Part shown: positions 1 through 9,761 of the stretch, in pieces | Numbering within the stretch: the stretch's first letter is position 1 | Layout of the letters: every line of letters begins with the position of its first letter | Source of the DNA: an uncultured Verrucomicrobiaceae bacterium | GTDB taxonomy: Bacteria > Pseudomonadota > Gammaproteobacteria > Pseudomonadales > CAMLJR01 | Assembly: GCA_964515735.1 (NCBI GenBank) | Contig: CAZEVP010000007.1 | Span: forward strand, 8,821 to 72,820 | DNA: 64,000 nucleotides | Direction: 5' to 3' | Notes under the pieces: generated by a model | Databases searched by the model: none | What the model was told of the DNA's origin: nothing | What the model saw: only the letters and a program-made list of their open reading frames with translations | Program-made: the position numbers and the translations under genes

Positions 1-2135
1 TCACGAGGCTGATAGCCAAAGAACTCCGCGTCGAAATACTCGACATCATCCATGGAAAAATAGGCGCGGACATAGTCCGGATCAGCGATCTCCTCTTCAG
101 AGACGCCCGCCTCGCGCAGTTCGGCGTCCGAGGCGAAACGCACCGCCTCCTCGCCCTGGAGAAGCATCTCCCACAGCTCATCAATATCTTCAGCGCCGGG
201 AAAGCGCCCGGCCATGCCGATGATGGCAATGTCCTCGTGCATGCCGGGCGAGCGCAGATCGGCACCCTCGCCCCTTGCATCCGAAGCGGGGCTCGCTGGT
301 TCAGCGTTCGGATTGCGGCTATCCGGAAATTTCCGGCTCATCGCATCGGCATGATCCGTCCACAGCGTCTTCTCGAAACCTCGAATCGTCGGCGTATCGA
401 AGAATGATGCGATGGCGATTCGATCTCCGATTTCCGCAGAGAGCCGCGCGATGAAATCGACCGCGTTCAGCGAGCTCCCGCCCAGTTCGAAAAAGCGATC
501 GTCGATCCCGACTCGATCCAGCCCCAGAAGTTCCAGCCACACGCTCTCGATGAATTTCTGAACTTCGGTGACGGGTGCCACAAAGGAGACATCCAGCGCC
601 GGACGTTTCGCAATCGGTTCCGGCAGGCTCTTGCGATCGAGCTTGCCGTTGGGCGTCAGCGGAAGTTTATCCAGCGCAACCCAAGCGGTCGGCATCATGA
701 AATCCGGCAAGGTTTGCTGAAGGAATCGACGAATTTCCGAATTGGCGGGCGCAGAACCGGGATCCTTGTAGACCAGAAAGGCGGACAGCTTATTGTCGCC
801 ACTCAGATCCTTATACGTGGAACAAGCCGCCTCCTTGATTGCCTCATGGGACTCCAGCGTACGCTCGATCTCACCGAGCTCAATGCGAAATCCACGTATC
901 TTCACCTGATTGTCGATGCGTCCGTGGTAGTCGATGCTGCCATCCTCGAGAACCCTGCCGGAATCACCGGTCAGATAGATTTTCTCGCCCGGATTTTCGG
1001 GATCATCGACAAACACTTTTGCCGTCATTTCCGGCTTCTTGTAGTAACCGGCACCAACGCCAACCCCGGCAATGGCGATCTGCCCACTCGCCCCCTGCGG
1101 CAGGCGCTGCAAACCCTCGTCGACGATACGCAGCTCGAAGCCGGGCAGCGCCGAGCCTATCGGCACATTGCGATCGACGAAATCGGAGGGAGTCATCACT
1201 CGATAGGCACAGACAACATCCGTGCATTCGGTCGGCCCATAGCTGTTGACGATCCGGGCCCGGCAGAGCGGATTGCTCAACCAGTCGATCAAACGGCTCA
1301 TCAAAATCGGCTCGCCACCCAGGACTACATGGCGCAAGGTTTTCAGCCGCTCGAACAGCGCTTCGTTGCCGAAGCTCAGGAGCCGCGAAAAGGCGCTGGG
1401 TGTGCAATTCACCACGTTGATCCGATGGCTTTCGATGTGATCGATGATCACAGATGCATCATAAAAGCGCTGGTCCAGCAGACAGAGGCAACCGCCTGAT
1501 ACCAGCGGCGCAAATACATTCTTCTGGGTCAGGTCGAAGGCCGGAGATGTCATGTGCAGAACACGTGTCTCCGGCCCCATTCCCAACTCGTTCACATACC
1601 AGTGCACCAGATTGGAAAAGCCCCGGTGATAAACGAGAGAGCCTTTTGGTTTTCCGGTAGAACCAGAGGTGTAGATCATGTAAATCAACGGATCGTCGAG
1701 CGCTTTCAGATCCGGCCCTTCATCGCTGAAGGAGGAAAAAGCCTCATCGACATCGAGCGCGCAGACCGAATGCTGCGACAGATCGTTCTCAATGCAGCGA
1801 CGAGCGGAGCTATCCAGCAACAATACCCGGATGCCCGAATCTTCGATCATGTACAGCAGGCGCTCGCGAGGATATTCGGGGTCCAGCGGCACATAGACGG
1901 CTCCGGCCTTGAGCACTCCGAAAATGGACGCGATCAGCGCAGGAGAGCGATCCATGCACAAGCCAACAAAATCGCCCGGCTTCACGCCCTGTTCTATCAA
2001 GCCATTCGCCACCTGATTGGCTCTGGAATTCAAGGCGCGGTAGGTAACCTTCTCCGCGCCGAATTCGATGGCGATCGCCTCCGGAGTCTTTGCGGCCTGA
2101 ATCTCGAACAATTGATCCACTCGCTTTACTTCCAT
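1..2135 (-). CDS. Hybrid NRPS-PKS megasynthase, N-terminal part (adenylation domain, carrier domain, start of ketosynthase). The 3' end runs off the window.
   Basis: Absent from the ORF track because there is no stop in the window. Hand translation from ATG at 2135 gives MEVKRVDQLFEIQAAKTPEAIAIEFG... A-domain core motifs are present: YTSGSTGKPKG (~1655-1690), NSYGPTE (~1220-1240), GQIAIAGVGVGAGY, YLTGD, GRIDNQVKIRGFRIELGEIE (~850-910) and PNGKLDR (~640-660). The carrier motif FFELGGSSL lies at ~469-504. Then, in the same frame, MHEDIAIIGMAGRFPGAEDIDELW (from 240 downward) is a canonical KS N-terminus. Confidence 0.9.
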   Translation of the reverse strand, partial: MEVKRVDQLFEIQAAKTPEAIAIEFGAEKVTYRALNSRANQVANGLIEQGVKPGDFVGLCMDRSPALIASIFGVLKAGAVYVPLDPEYPRERLLYMIEDSGIRVLLLDSSARRCIENDLSQHSVCALDVDEAFSSFSDEGPDLKALDDPLIYMIYTSGSTGKPKGSLVYHRGFSNLVHWYVNELGMGPETRVLHMTSPAFDLTQKNVFAPLVSGGCLCLLDQRFYDASVIIDHIESHRINVVNCTPSAFSRLLSFGNEALFERLKTLRHVVLGGEPILMSRLIDWLSNPLCRARIVNSYGPTECTDVVCAYRVMTPSDFVDRNVPIGSALPGFELRIVDEGLQRLPQGASGQIAIAGVGVGAGYYKKPEMTAKVFVDDPENPGEKIYLTGDSGRVLEDGSIDYHGRIDNQVKIRGFRIELGEIERTLESHEAIKEAACSTYKDLSGDNKLSAFLVYKDPGSAPANSEIRRFLQQTLPDFMMPTAWVALDKLPLTPNGKLDRKSLPEPIAKRPALDVSFVAPVTEVQKFIESVWLELLGLDRVGIDDRFFELGGSSLNAVDFIARLSAEIGDRIAIASFFDTPTIRGFEKTLWTDHADAMSRKFPDSRNPNAEPASPASDARGEGADLRSPGMHEDIAIIGMAGRFPGAEDIDELWEMLLQGEEAVRFASDAELREAGVSEEEIADPDYVRAYFSMDDVEYFDAEFFGYQPR

Positions 2136-2220
2136 TCTTTTTTACCTGTCAGTCCTGCACCGGTAACGGCGCGTCAAATACAAGTTTTCCGGCAATCGAT
2201 CGATGCCCAGGAAGCTCGCT

Positions 2221-3156
2221 TCAGGGGGGAGTGAGGCTGTGAGCAATCATACATATCCCACGATAACCGGCTTTTCCATCCACATGCAGGGAGATTATGT
2301 TCAGCCCTGTACGCCGGCATACGGCTGGATAGTTATGACTGAAGGAGTATTCGCCCGCCGTGGTCAACTTCGCCTCTGGCTCATTGTCGAGATCGTGATC
2401 TGCAACCAGAGGCTCGTAAAAAAGCGCCAGAGAGCTGCCGCTCTTCGCCACCAATCGCACAAATGCCTCAAGGGATTCCGGCCTGAAATACTCCAGAACG
2501 CCACCGTTGGTTACAAAGAGAAATTGCCGGAGATCCTGGCTCGCCACCCACTCCTGTGCATCTCCAGCCACGAATTCCAAGCCTTCGTACAGATGCTGAT
2601 TTAGCGCGATTCTGCGTCCACTCAAATCCAGGCCGATGAAACGTTCGATCCCATCAAGCTGAGTTCTCAGATAGTCGAGAAAACGACCATCGCCGGTACC
2701 AATCTCGCACACAACAGTATGCGAGCGCTGCTTCAGAAGCTGCTTGAGCTCGTTGACTGGCTCCTCAAGCGCGGGAATTGATTCGTCAAATGCCTTGGAC
2801 GAGTGGTCGAACCATCGCTCTTCGATCTGGCTTCTCCAGAATTTCTTATGAATATTTTCCAGCGTTTCGCCGCCGGTATTGCCCTGATCGGAATGCGCCA
2901 GATAAAAGCGCATCAAGCGCTCGACCAGGCGAACCAAGGCATTGTTCGATCGATGTCGTCCCCAGTAGGGAAGCGTGAAAGTCTGCTGAATCTGTGCAAA
3001 CTTCGCGGCAAATATTTTTGAGAGAAACCAGCCAGAAAAAACTTTCAGATTGAGAACCAATTTGTCCATTTGGGTCTTGAATCCGGATGAGTTATCAGAA
3101 CTCGATAATTTTCTGATAAACGAAGGAGGGACTAGAGAGTATTCAAACCGCTCCAT
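2221..3156 (-). CDS. Class I SAM-dependent methyltransferase
   Basis: Part of ORF 2221..3306. Motif I VCEIGTGDGRF, followed by FIGLDLS and LFVTNGGVLEYF. Start taken at MERFEYS (ATG 3156); the longer 3306 start is GC-rich read-through. Codon usage is not GC3-biased, unlike the rest of the window. Sits 85 nt upstream of the NRPS-PKS start on the same strand. Confidence 0.7.
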   Translation of the reverse strand: MERFEYSLVPPSFIRKLSSSDNSSGFKTQMDKLVLNLKVFSGWFLSKIFAAKFAQIQQTFTLPYWGRHRSNNALVRLVERLMRFYLAHSDQGNTGGETLENIHKKFWRSQIEERWFDHSSKAFDESIPALEEPVNELKQLLKQRSHTVVCEIGTGDGRFLDYLRTQLDGIERFIGLDLSGRRIALNQHLYEGLEFVAGDAQEWVASQDLRQFLFVTNGGVLEYFRPESLEAFVRLVAKSGSSLALFYEPLVADHDLDNEPEAKLTTAGEYSFSHNYPAVCRRTGLNIISLHVDGKAGYRGICMIAHSLTPP

Positions 3157-3390
3157 GTTCCCTGAATCTGACTCTGGCGGCACTGCTGGTCCCTGTCTGA
3201 ATCGGCAACCCCCCGCGACCAGCCAGTCCTGCCCGCAACCGCTGGAGCATAGTACTGGAGCCGGACCGGCAAGACACGCTCCCTGAGGCCTGCATATTTC
3301 ACGCAACGAGAGGCAGAGCTGGAGAATTGGCGGGCGAGCCTTATCACTGATCCCGACTACGGATCACAAGGCTCTGATTCATATGAGAAA

Positions 3391-3467
3391 TGGGGTGGCT
3401 GACGGGGATCGAACCCGCGACCACAGGAATCACAATCCTGTGCTCTACCAACTGAGCTACAGCCACC
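3391..3467 (-). tRNA. tRNA-His (anticodon GTG)
   Basis: The reverse complement GGTGGCTGTAGCTCAGTTGGTAGAGCACAGGATTGTGATTCCTGTGGTCGCGGGTTCGATCCCCGTCAGCCACCCCA folds as a cloverleaf with the His-specific G-1, anticodon loop TTGTGAT and an encoded CCA. Confidence 0.95.
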
Positions 3468-3497
3468 ATGAAAAGCTGTTACCGGACCGGCATCGAT

Positions 3498-3574
<77 letters not shown>

Positions 3575-3602
3575 CAGGAGTGCCGGGCTGCCGGCATCGA
3601 AC

Positions 3603-3679
3603 TGGTCGGGGTAGAGGGATTCGAACCCCCGACATCCTGCTCCCAAAGCAGGCGCGCTACCGGACTGCGCTATACCCCG
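3603..3679 (-). tRNA. tRNA-Pro (anticodon TGG)
   Basis: Reverse complement is CGGGGTATAGCGCAGTCCGGTAGCGCGCCTGCTTTGGGAGCAGGATGTCGGGGGTTCGAATCCCTCTACCCCGACCA. Anticodon loop TTTGGGA, 77 nt, CCA encoded. Confidence 0.95.
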
Positions 3680-3845
3680 GATACATCGTCAGATGCCCCG
3701 ATGCGGGAGGCGTGCATCTTACGCATCGCCTCTGGGGTCGTCAATCGCCGAAATGGCCGTTTTCCACCGACAAACTCGCCGCCCCGCAAGTCGATATGCG
3801 AAAATACCGCCCGCTTTTATTCCCCCCACTTTTCCGAGGTTCCCG

Positions 3846-4691
3846 ATGACGGCACTGGTTCTGGACGGCAAGGCTCTGGCGGCGAAAACCGAGGCGGAGC
3901 TGAGCCAGCGCGTCGTGGCGCTGAAGGCGCGCAGCGGCGGCAAGACGCCGATCCTCGCCACCATTCTGGTCGGCGACGACCCCGCCTCCGCCACCTACGT
4001 CAAGATGAAGGGCAACGCCTGCCGCCGCGTCGGCATGGATTCGATGGCGGTCGAGCTGCCCTCTTCCACCACGACGGAGCAGCTGCTGGCCAGGATCGAC
4101 GAACTGAATCGCAACCCGGACGTGCACGGCATCCTGTTGCAGCACCCGGTGCCGCACCAGATCGACGAGCGCGCCTGCTTCGACGCGATCGCACTGGAGA
4201 AGGACGTCGACGGCGTCACCTGCCTCGGCTTCGGCCGCATGGCGATGGGCGAGGCCGCCTATGGCTGCGCCACGCCGAAGGGAATCATGCGGCTGCTGCA
4301 GGACTACGGCGTCGAGATCGCCGGCAGGCACGCGGTCGTCGTCGGCCGCAGCCCGATCCTCGGCAAGCCGATGGCGATGATGCTGCTGGCCGCCGACGCC
4401 ACCGTGACGATCTGCCACTCCAGAACGCGCGACCTGCCGGCGCTGATCAAGCAGGCCGACATTCTGGTCGGCGCGGTCGGCAAGCCGGAGTTCATCAAGG
4501 GCGAGTGGATCAAGGACGGCGCCGTCGTCGTCGATGCCGGCTATCACCCGGGCGGTGTCGGCGATGTCGAGCTGAGTGCGGTAATCGATCGCGTCGCCGC
4601 CTATACACCGGTGCCGGGCGGCGTCGGCCCGATGACGATCAACACGCTGATCCAGCAGTCGGTCGAGTCGGGCGAGAAGAGCCTGGCCTGA
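3846..4691 (+). CDS. folD: Bifunctional methylenetetrahydrofolate dehydrogenase/cyclohydrolase
   Basis: Within ORF 3693..4691, real start at [12 protein letters not shown] (ATG 3846). FolD signatures: [55 protein letters not shown]. Confidence 0.95.
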   Translation: MTALVLDGKALAAKTEAELSQRVVALKARSGGKTPILATILVGDDPASATYVKMKGNACRRVGMDSMAVELPSSTTTEQLLARIDELNRNPDVHGILLQHPVPHQIDERACFDAIALEKDVDGVTCLGFGRMAMGEAAYGCATPKGIMRLLQDYGVEIAGRHAVVVGRSPILGKPMAMMLLAADATVTICHSRTRDLPALIKQADILVGAVGKPEFIKGEWIKDGAVVVDAGYHPGGVGDVELSAVIDRVAAYTPVPGGVGPMTINTLIQQSVESGEKSLA

Positions 4692-4704
4692 CGCGGAGCC
4701 GGCG

Positions 4705-5100
4705 ATGGCGACGTTCGCGCTGATGGTGCTCGGCGCCCCGCACTCGACGCAGGCGGAGCGCAGTGCGTGGCAGTTCGCGCAGGCGGCGGTGGCGGCCGGC
4801 CATCGGCTGTTCCGCGTCTTTTTCTTCCACGACGGCGTGCAGTGCGGCAACGCGCTGCAGTTGCCGGCGCCGCAGGAGAACGGCGTGCCGGCGCGCTGGC
4901 AGCAGCTGGCGCGCGATCATCACGTCGATCTGGTGGTCTGTGTCGCCAGCGCGCTGAAGCGCGGCGTCGCCAATGCCGACGAGGCGGAGCGGCACCAGCT
5001 CGGCGCCGGCAACCTCGCCGACGGTTTCGATCTCTCCGGCCTCGGCCAGTGGGTCGAGGCCTGCATCCTCGCCGACCGCGTCGTCACCTTCGGTTCGTGA
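4705..5100 (+). CDS. tusD: Sulfurtransferase complex subunit TusD (DsrE family)
   Basis: 131 aa. DsrE-like fold signature FRVFFFHDGV and the conserved Cys in DLVVCVASALKRG. First gene of a four-gene tusD-C-B-E run. GGAG lies 7 nt upstream. Confidence 0.85.
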   Translation: MATFALMVLGAPHSTQAERSAWQFAQAAVAAGHRLFRVFFFHDGVQCGNALQLPAPQENGVPARWQQLARDHHVDLVVCVASALKRGVANADEAERHQLGAGNLADGFDLSGLGQWVEACILADRVVTFGS

Positions 5101-5124
5101 GCGCCTGCGGAGGACGATGAGCGT

Positions 5125-5490
5125 ATGAGCACCTCGAAACGAATCGCCGTCGTCTGCCGCCAGCCGCCCTACGGCAGCTCGCTGGCGCGCGAGGCGCTGG
5201 ACGCGGCGATGGCGGCGGCGGCGTTCGATCAGCAGGTGTCGCTGATCTTCCTCGGCGACGGCGTCTGGCAGCTGTGCCGCCGGCAGCGGGCCGAGGCGAT
5301 CGGCCAGCGCTCGCTGGAGCAGCAGCTGGCGACGCTGCCGCTGTACGACGTCGACCGCCTCTACGCCGATGCCGATGCGCTGCGACAGCGCGGGCTCGGC
5401 AGCGGTGACCTGTCGCTGCCGGTCGAAGCGCTCGACGGCGATGCCATCGCCGCACTGCTGCGACGGCAGGACGTGGTGCTCTCGTTCTGA
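5125..5490 (+). CDS. tusC: Sulfurtransferase complex subunit TusC (DsrF family)
   Basis: 121 aa with the pattern IAVVCRQPPYGSSLAREALDAAMA...IFLGDGV, typical of DsrF/TusC. Operon position supports the call. Confidence 0.85.
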   Translation: MSTSKRIAVVCRQPPYGSSLAREALDAAMAAAAFDQQVSLIFLGDGVWQLCRRQRAEAIGQRSLEQQLATLPLYDVDRLYADADALRQRGLGSGDLSLPVEALDGDAIAALLRRQDVVLSF

Positions 5491-5507
5491 TCGCGCCGGG
5501 GATTTCG

Positions 5508-5792
5508 ATGCTGCATATCGTCAACAAGCCACCGCACAGCGCCGCCCTGCGCGACTGCCTGCGGCTGTGCCGCCGCGACGACGTCGTGCTGCTGATCGAG
5601 GATGGCGTCTACGCTGCGCTCGGCGACGCCGGCCGACAGCTGCTGGCGGCGACGCCGAACGTGCGCGCGCTGCGCGAGGATCTGGAGGCGCGCGGCGTGG
5701 CCGCGCGGGTCGATGCCGGCATCGGCATCGTCGACTACGCCGGCTTCGTGCAGCTGTGCTGCGATCACCAGCCGATCCAGAGCTGGTTCTGA
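5508..5792 (+). CDS. tusB: Sulfurtransferase complex subunit TusB (DsrH family)
   Basis: 94 aa, MLHIVNKPPHS...VVLLIEDGVYAA, ending QSWF. DsrH/TusB size and pattern. Confidence 0.8.
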   Translation: MLHIVNKPPHSAALRDCLRLCRRDDVVLLIEDGVYAALGDAGRQLLAATPNVRALREDLEARGVAARVDAGIGIVDYAGFVQLCCDHQPIQSWF

Positions 5793-5793
5793 G

Positions 5794-6120
5794 ATGCGCG
5801 TCGGCGATCGCGACATCGAACTCGACGGCGACGGTTTCCTGCGCGATTTCGACCAGTGGAACGACGCCATCGCCGAGGCTTTCGCCGCCGATGCCGACAT
5901 CGTTCTCGGCGATGCCCATCGCGAGATTCTCACGCTGCTGCGCCGCTACTACCGCGAGTTCGGGCAGTCGCCGGCGATGCGCCCGTTCGTCAACTACGTC
6001 AAGCGCGAACTCGGACCGGACAAGGGCAACAGCATCTATCTGATGCAGCTGTTCTCCGGCAGCCCGGCCAAACTGGCCGCGCGCATCGCCGGCCTGCCCC
6101 GCCCCGAGCACTGTTTGTGA
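5794..6120 (+). CDS. tusE: Sulfurtransferase TusE / DsrC-family protein
   Basis: In-frame tail of ORF 5602..6120. ATG at 5794 lies 1 nt after the tusB stop. Sequence DGDGFLRDFDQWNDAIAEAFA...HREILTLLRRYYREFGQSP...YLMQLF. It ends GLPRPEHCL with a single penultimate-region Cys, which is TusE-like rather than the two-Cys DsrC type. Confidence 0.85.
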   Translation: MRVGDRDIELDGDGFLRDFDQWNDAIAEAFAADADIVLGDAHREILTLLRRYYREFGQSPAMRPFVNYVKRELGPDKGNSIYLMQLFSGSPAKLAARIAGLPRPEHCL

Positions 6121-6150
6121 TCCGAAAAAATCAGAATGATTTTTTCGGAT
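6120..6150 (+). terminator. AT-rich perfect hairpin directly after the tusE stop
   Basis: ATCCGAAAAAATCA-GA-TGATTTTTTCGGAT has 14-nt perfectly complementary arms and contains T-runs. It starts at the last base of the tusE stop codon. Confidence 0.5.
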
Positions 6151-6153
6151 ACC

Positions 6154-6171
6154 GCGAAGTCATGACTTCGC
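6154..6171. promoter_or_regulatory. 18-bp perfect palindrome GCGAAGTCATGACTTCGC, an operator-like site upstream of the ybiB-like gene
   Basis: Perfect dyad symmetry, 26 nt upstream of the ATG at 6197. No cognate regulator identified. Confidence 0.25.
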
Positions 6172-6196
6172 TCACGCCGGTATCAGAGGTTGCCCA

Positions 6197-7207
6197 ATGA
6201 AGCCGATCGAACTGATCGCCAAACCTGACGAACATCCGTTCGCGCCGTTCATCCGCATTCTCGGCAAGGGCAGGACCGGTTCGCGCTCGCTGAGTCGCGA
6301 CGAGGCGCGCCAGGCGATGGGAATGATCCTGCGCGGCGAGGCGATGCCGGAACAGATCGGCGCCTTCCTGATGTTGCTGCGGGTCAAGGAGGAGAGTTCG
6401 GACGAGCTGGCCGGTTTCGTGCAAGCAGCGCGCGATGTGATTTCCGCACCTGGCGACATCGCCGTCGATCTCGACTGGTCGAGCTACGCCGGCAAGCGCC
6501 GCCAGCTGCCGTGGTTCCTGCTGGCGATCTTCGCACTGGCCGATGCCGGCCATCGCGTCTTCCTGCACGGCAGCACCGGCCACACCAGCGGCCGGCTCTA
6601 CACCGAAGCAGCGCTGCAGTGGCTCGGCGTGCCGGCCTGCGCCAACTGGGACGAAGTACGCCAGCAGCTCGACCGCGAGCGTTTCGCCTTCATGGCGCTG
6701 CCGACGCTGTGTCCGCCGCTGCAGCAGCTGATCGACCTGCGCAACATTCTCGGCCTGCGCTCGCCGGCACATTCGCTGGTGCGGCTGCTGAACCCGCTCG
6801 ATGCGCGCTGCGCCATCCAGAGCATCTTTCATCCGCCCTACGCACCGCGCCACCAGCAGGCGGCGGCCGATCTCGGTTACGCCAACACGGCTGTATTCAA
6901 GGGCGAAGGCGGCGAAGTGGAACGGCGGCCGGAGGCGACCTGCACGGTCCATCGCATCGTCAACGGCGTGCCATGCGAAGAGCAGTGGCCGCGAATGATC
7001 GAAGGCCGGCAGGAGCACGAGGATGTGCAGCGCCTCGATCATCTGCGCGACGTCTGGCGCGGCGATGCCATCGATGAATATGGCGAACTGGCATTGCGTG
7101 GCACGCTGGCGATTGCGTTGCGGCTGCTGGGGCGAGCCGACGATCCGGACAGTGCGATGCAGGTTGCCGATGAAGTCTGGCGGCAACGCGACAAAGAAAG
7201 GTTTTAG
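6197..7207 (+). CDS. Glycosyltransferase family 3 / anthranilate phosphoribosyltransferase-like protein (YbiB-like)
   Basis: 336 aa. The N-terminal helical bundle motif ILRGEAMPEQIGAFLMLLRVKEESSDELAGF matches the TrpD/YbiB family pattern (GE..D.QI.AFL.AL..KGE). Confidence 0.75.
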   Translation: MKPIELIAKPDEHPFAPFIRILGKGRTGSRSLSRDEARQAMGMILRGEAMPEQIGAFLMLLRVKEESSDELAGFVQAARDVISAPGDIAVDLDWSSYAGKRRQLPWFLLAIFALADAGHRVFLHGSTGHTSGRLYTEAALQWLGVPACANWDEVRQQLDRERFAFMALPTLCPPLQQLIDLRNILGLRSPAHSLVRLLNPLDARCAIQSIFHPPYAPRHQQAAADLGYANTAVFKGEGGEVERRPEATCTVHRIVNGVPCEEQWPRMIEGRQEHEDVQRLDHLRDVWRGDAIDEYGELALRGTLAIALRLLGRADDPDSAMQVADEVWRQRDKERF

Positions 7208-7357
7208 CTCAGCACCAACCCCGAGGCGCAGTGCCGGAGGGGTTGCCGGGACCGTGTGTCGCCAGGGACGGCGACACCCGAGCCTGTGCATGGATGTACG
7301 TCTTTGCGTGTCCCGGCGGCCCCTCCGGCACGGCGCCACGGACACGGCACAACGGCA

Positions 7358-8377
7358 TCAATCCGCCTCGCCATACCCCTGCGGATTCCTGCTCTGCCAG
7401 CTCCACGCATCGCGCGCCATCTCGTCGACACCGCGCTCGGCACGCCATCCCAACTCATTTGAAGCGAACGCCGGATCGGCATAACAAGAGGCAACGTCGC
7501 CGGGGCGACGACCGACGACCGTATAGCTGACGGTACGACCGGACGCCTTCTCCAGCGCGGCAATCATCTGCAACACCGAATAGCCATTGCCGGTGCCGAG
7601 GTTGTAGGCGACGACACCGGGCTGCGTCGCCAGCTTGTCGAGCGCGCGCAGGTGGCCGATGGCGAGATCGACGACGTGGATGTAGTCGCGCACGCCGGTG
7701 CCATCCGGCGTCGGGTAGTCATCGCCGAACACCGACAGCTGCGTCAGCTTGCCGACGGCGACCTGCGTGACGTACGGCATCAGGTTGTTCGGAATGCCGT
7801 TCGGATCCTCGCCGATCAGGCCGCTGGTGTGCGCGCCAACCGGGTTGAAGTAGCGCAGCAGCGCGATGCGCCACGGCTCATCGGTGTGGCCGAGATCGCG
7901 CAGGATCTCCTCGATCATCAGCTTCGAGCGGCCGTAGGGGTTGGTGGCCGACAGCGGGAAATCCTCGCGAATCGGCACCGTGTGCGGATCGCCATAGACC
8001 GTTGCCGACGAGCTGAAGACGAGGTTGTGAACAGCGTGCTCACGCATCACGTCGAGCAGCGTCAGCGTGCCCTCGACGTTGTTCTGGTAATAGCGCAGCG
8101 GCTGCTGCACCGATTCGCCAACCGCCTTCAGGCCGGCGAAGTGGATCACGGCATCGACCGGCTGTGCCGAGAAGATGCGACGCAACGCGGCGCGATCGCG
8201 GATATCGGCCACCTCCAGCGCCACCTCGCGGCCGGTGATCTGCGCGACACGGCGCAGGCTCTCGCGTCGACTGTTGCTCAGGTTGTCGACGACGATGACG
8301 TCGTGACCGGCATTCAGCAGTTCGACGCAGGTGTGGCTGCCGATATAGCCCGCACCGCCGGTGACCAGAACCTTCAT
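7358..8377 (-). CDS. galE: UDP-glucose 4-epimerase
   Basis: Inside ORF 7358..9145, real start [15 protein letters not shown] (ATG 8377) with GAGGAG upstream. Catalytic YGRSK is present, along with [10 protein letters not shown] and [15 protein letters not shown]. 339 aa. Confidence 0.95.
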   Translation of the reverse strand: MKVLVTGGAGYIGSHTCVELLNAGHDVIVVDNLSNSRRESLRRVAQITGREVALEVADIRDRAALRRIFSAQPVDAVIHFAGLKAVGESVQQPLRYYQNNVEGTLTLLDVMREHAVHNLVFSSSATVYGDPHTVPIREDFPLSATNPYGRSKLMIEEILRDLGHTDEPWRIALLRYFNPVGAHTSGLIGEDPNGIPNNLMPYVTQVAVGKLTQLSVFGDDYPTPDGTGVRDYIHVVDLAIGHLRALDKLATQPGVVAYNLGTGNGYSVLQMIAALEKASGRTVSYTVVGRRPGDVASCYADPAFASNELGWRAERGVDEMARDAWSWQSRNPQGYGEAD

Positions 8378-8656
8378 TGACCTCTCCTCGACCGCGAATC
8401 CATCAAAGCCCGGCAATTCTAGTGGGTCCGGCGGAAAAACCCGTGAACTTCTTTTGAATGGCACCACGCTGGAGGGAGACCGTGCCGGGGCGCGCTTCAG
8501 CAGCGTCGGAGACAGGACGTCTCCGACGCAGGCTACAGGGATGTACTTGCGCCGGTGCTGAAGCGCGCCCCGGCACGGTCGACCCGCACAACGCCCGCCC
8601 TCAATGCGCTCCATGGATATAATGCGCGCCCATTTTCCAGACACCGTGTCCCGCCA

Positions 8657-9745
8657 ATGCCCCTCCCCGTCATCGACCCGGCCCGTTACGAGGAACAGCT
8701 GCAGCAGAAGGCGGCGCAGCTGGGGACTGCGTTCGCCGAGTTCGGCGCCGGCGTGCCGCAGCTGCACCGCTCGGCGCCGGAGCACTACCGGCTGCGCGCC
8801 GAGTTCCGGCTGTGGCATGACGGCGGCAGGCTCGACTACGTGATGTTCGATCCGCAGGCGCCACAGGTGCCGGTCCGGCTCGACGACTTCCCCGCCGGCA
8901 GCGCCGCCATCAATGCACTGATGGCGCCGCTGCGCGAACGGCTCAACGACAGCGACACCCTGAAACGCAAGCTGTTCCAGCTCGAATTCCTGACCACGCT
9001 GAGCGGCGAGGTACTGGTGACGCTGATCTATCACCGCAGGCTGGACGCCGGCTGGGAAAGTGCGGCGCGCGCGCTGGCCGGGCAGCTGAACATCATGGTC
9101 ATCGGCCGCTCGCGCGGACAGAAGATCGTGCTGCAGCGCGATCACGTCGAAGAGGTGCTGACGGTCGGCGAGCGCCGGCTGCGCTACCGGCAGATCGAAG
9201 GAAGTTTCACGCAGCCGAACGGCGGCGTGAACCAGCAGATGCTCGGCTGGGCCTGCGACAGTGCGCGCGGGCTCGGCGGCGACCTGCTCGAACTCTACTG
9301 CGGCAACGGCAACTTCACCGTCGCGCTGGCGCCGCAGTTCCGGCGCGTGCTGGCCACCGAGATCAGCAAGTCATCGGTGCAGGTGGCAACGCACAACCTC
9401 GCCGCCAACGGCATCGACAACGTGACGCTGGTGCGAATGTCGAGCGAGGAGTTCAGCAGCGCGCTGCACGGCGAGCGCGAATTCTTCCGGCTGAAGGAGA
9501 TCGACCTCAGCGGCTACGACTTCGGCACGCTGTTCGTCGACCCGCCGCGCAGCGGGCTCGACGACGGCACGCTGGCGCTGGCGGCGCGCTTCGACAACAT
9601 CCTCTACATCTCCTGCAACCCGCAGACGCTGCACGCCAACCTGCGAACGCTGACGCAGACGCACCGCGTCGCCCGTTTCGCGCTGTTCGACCAGTTCCCC
9701 TACACCCACCACACCGAGTGCGGCGTGCTGCTGCAACGGCGCTGA
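8657..9745 (+). CDS. trmA: tRNA (uracil54-C5)-methyltransferase
   Basis: Inside ORF 8555..9745, start [15 protein letters not shown] (ATG 8657). TrmA signatures: [56 protein letters not shown]. Confidence 0.9.
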   Translation: MPLPVIDPARYEEQLQQKAAQLGTAFAEFGAGVPQLHRSAPEHYRLRAEFRLWHDGGRLDYVMFDPQAPQVPVRLDDFPAGSAAINALMAPLRERLNDSDTLKRKLFQLEFLTTLSGEVLVTLIYHRRLDAGWESAARALAGQLNIMVIGRSRGQKIVLQRDHVEEVLTVGERRLRYRQIEGSFTQPNGGVNQQMLGWACDSARGLGGDLLELYCGNGNFTVALAPQFRRVLATEISKSSVQVATHNLAANGIDNVTLVRMSSEEFSSALHGEREFFRLKEIDLSGYDFGTLFVDPPRSGLDDGTLALAARFDNILYISCNPQTLHANLRTLTQTHRVARFALFDQFPYTHHTECGVLLQRR

Positions 9746-9761
9746 CCGGCCAGCGCCGGCG

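Noticed and set aside
4705-6120. DsrEFH-DsrC as part of a dissimilatory sulfur-oxidation system
   Set aside because: No dsrAB, dsrMKJOP or sox genes are nearby. The DsrC-family protein has only the terminal-region Cys. mnmC and other tRNA-modification genes are present. The TusBCDE role in 2-thiouridine synthesis is the simpler reading.
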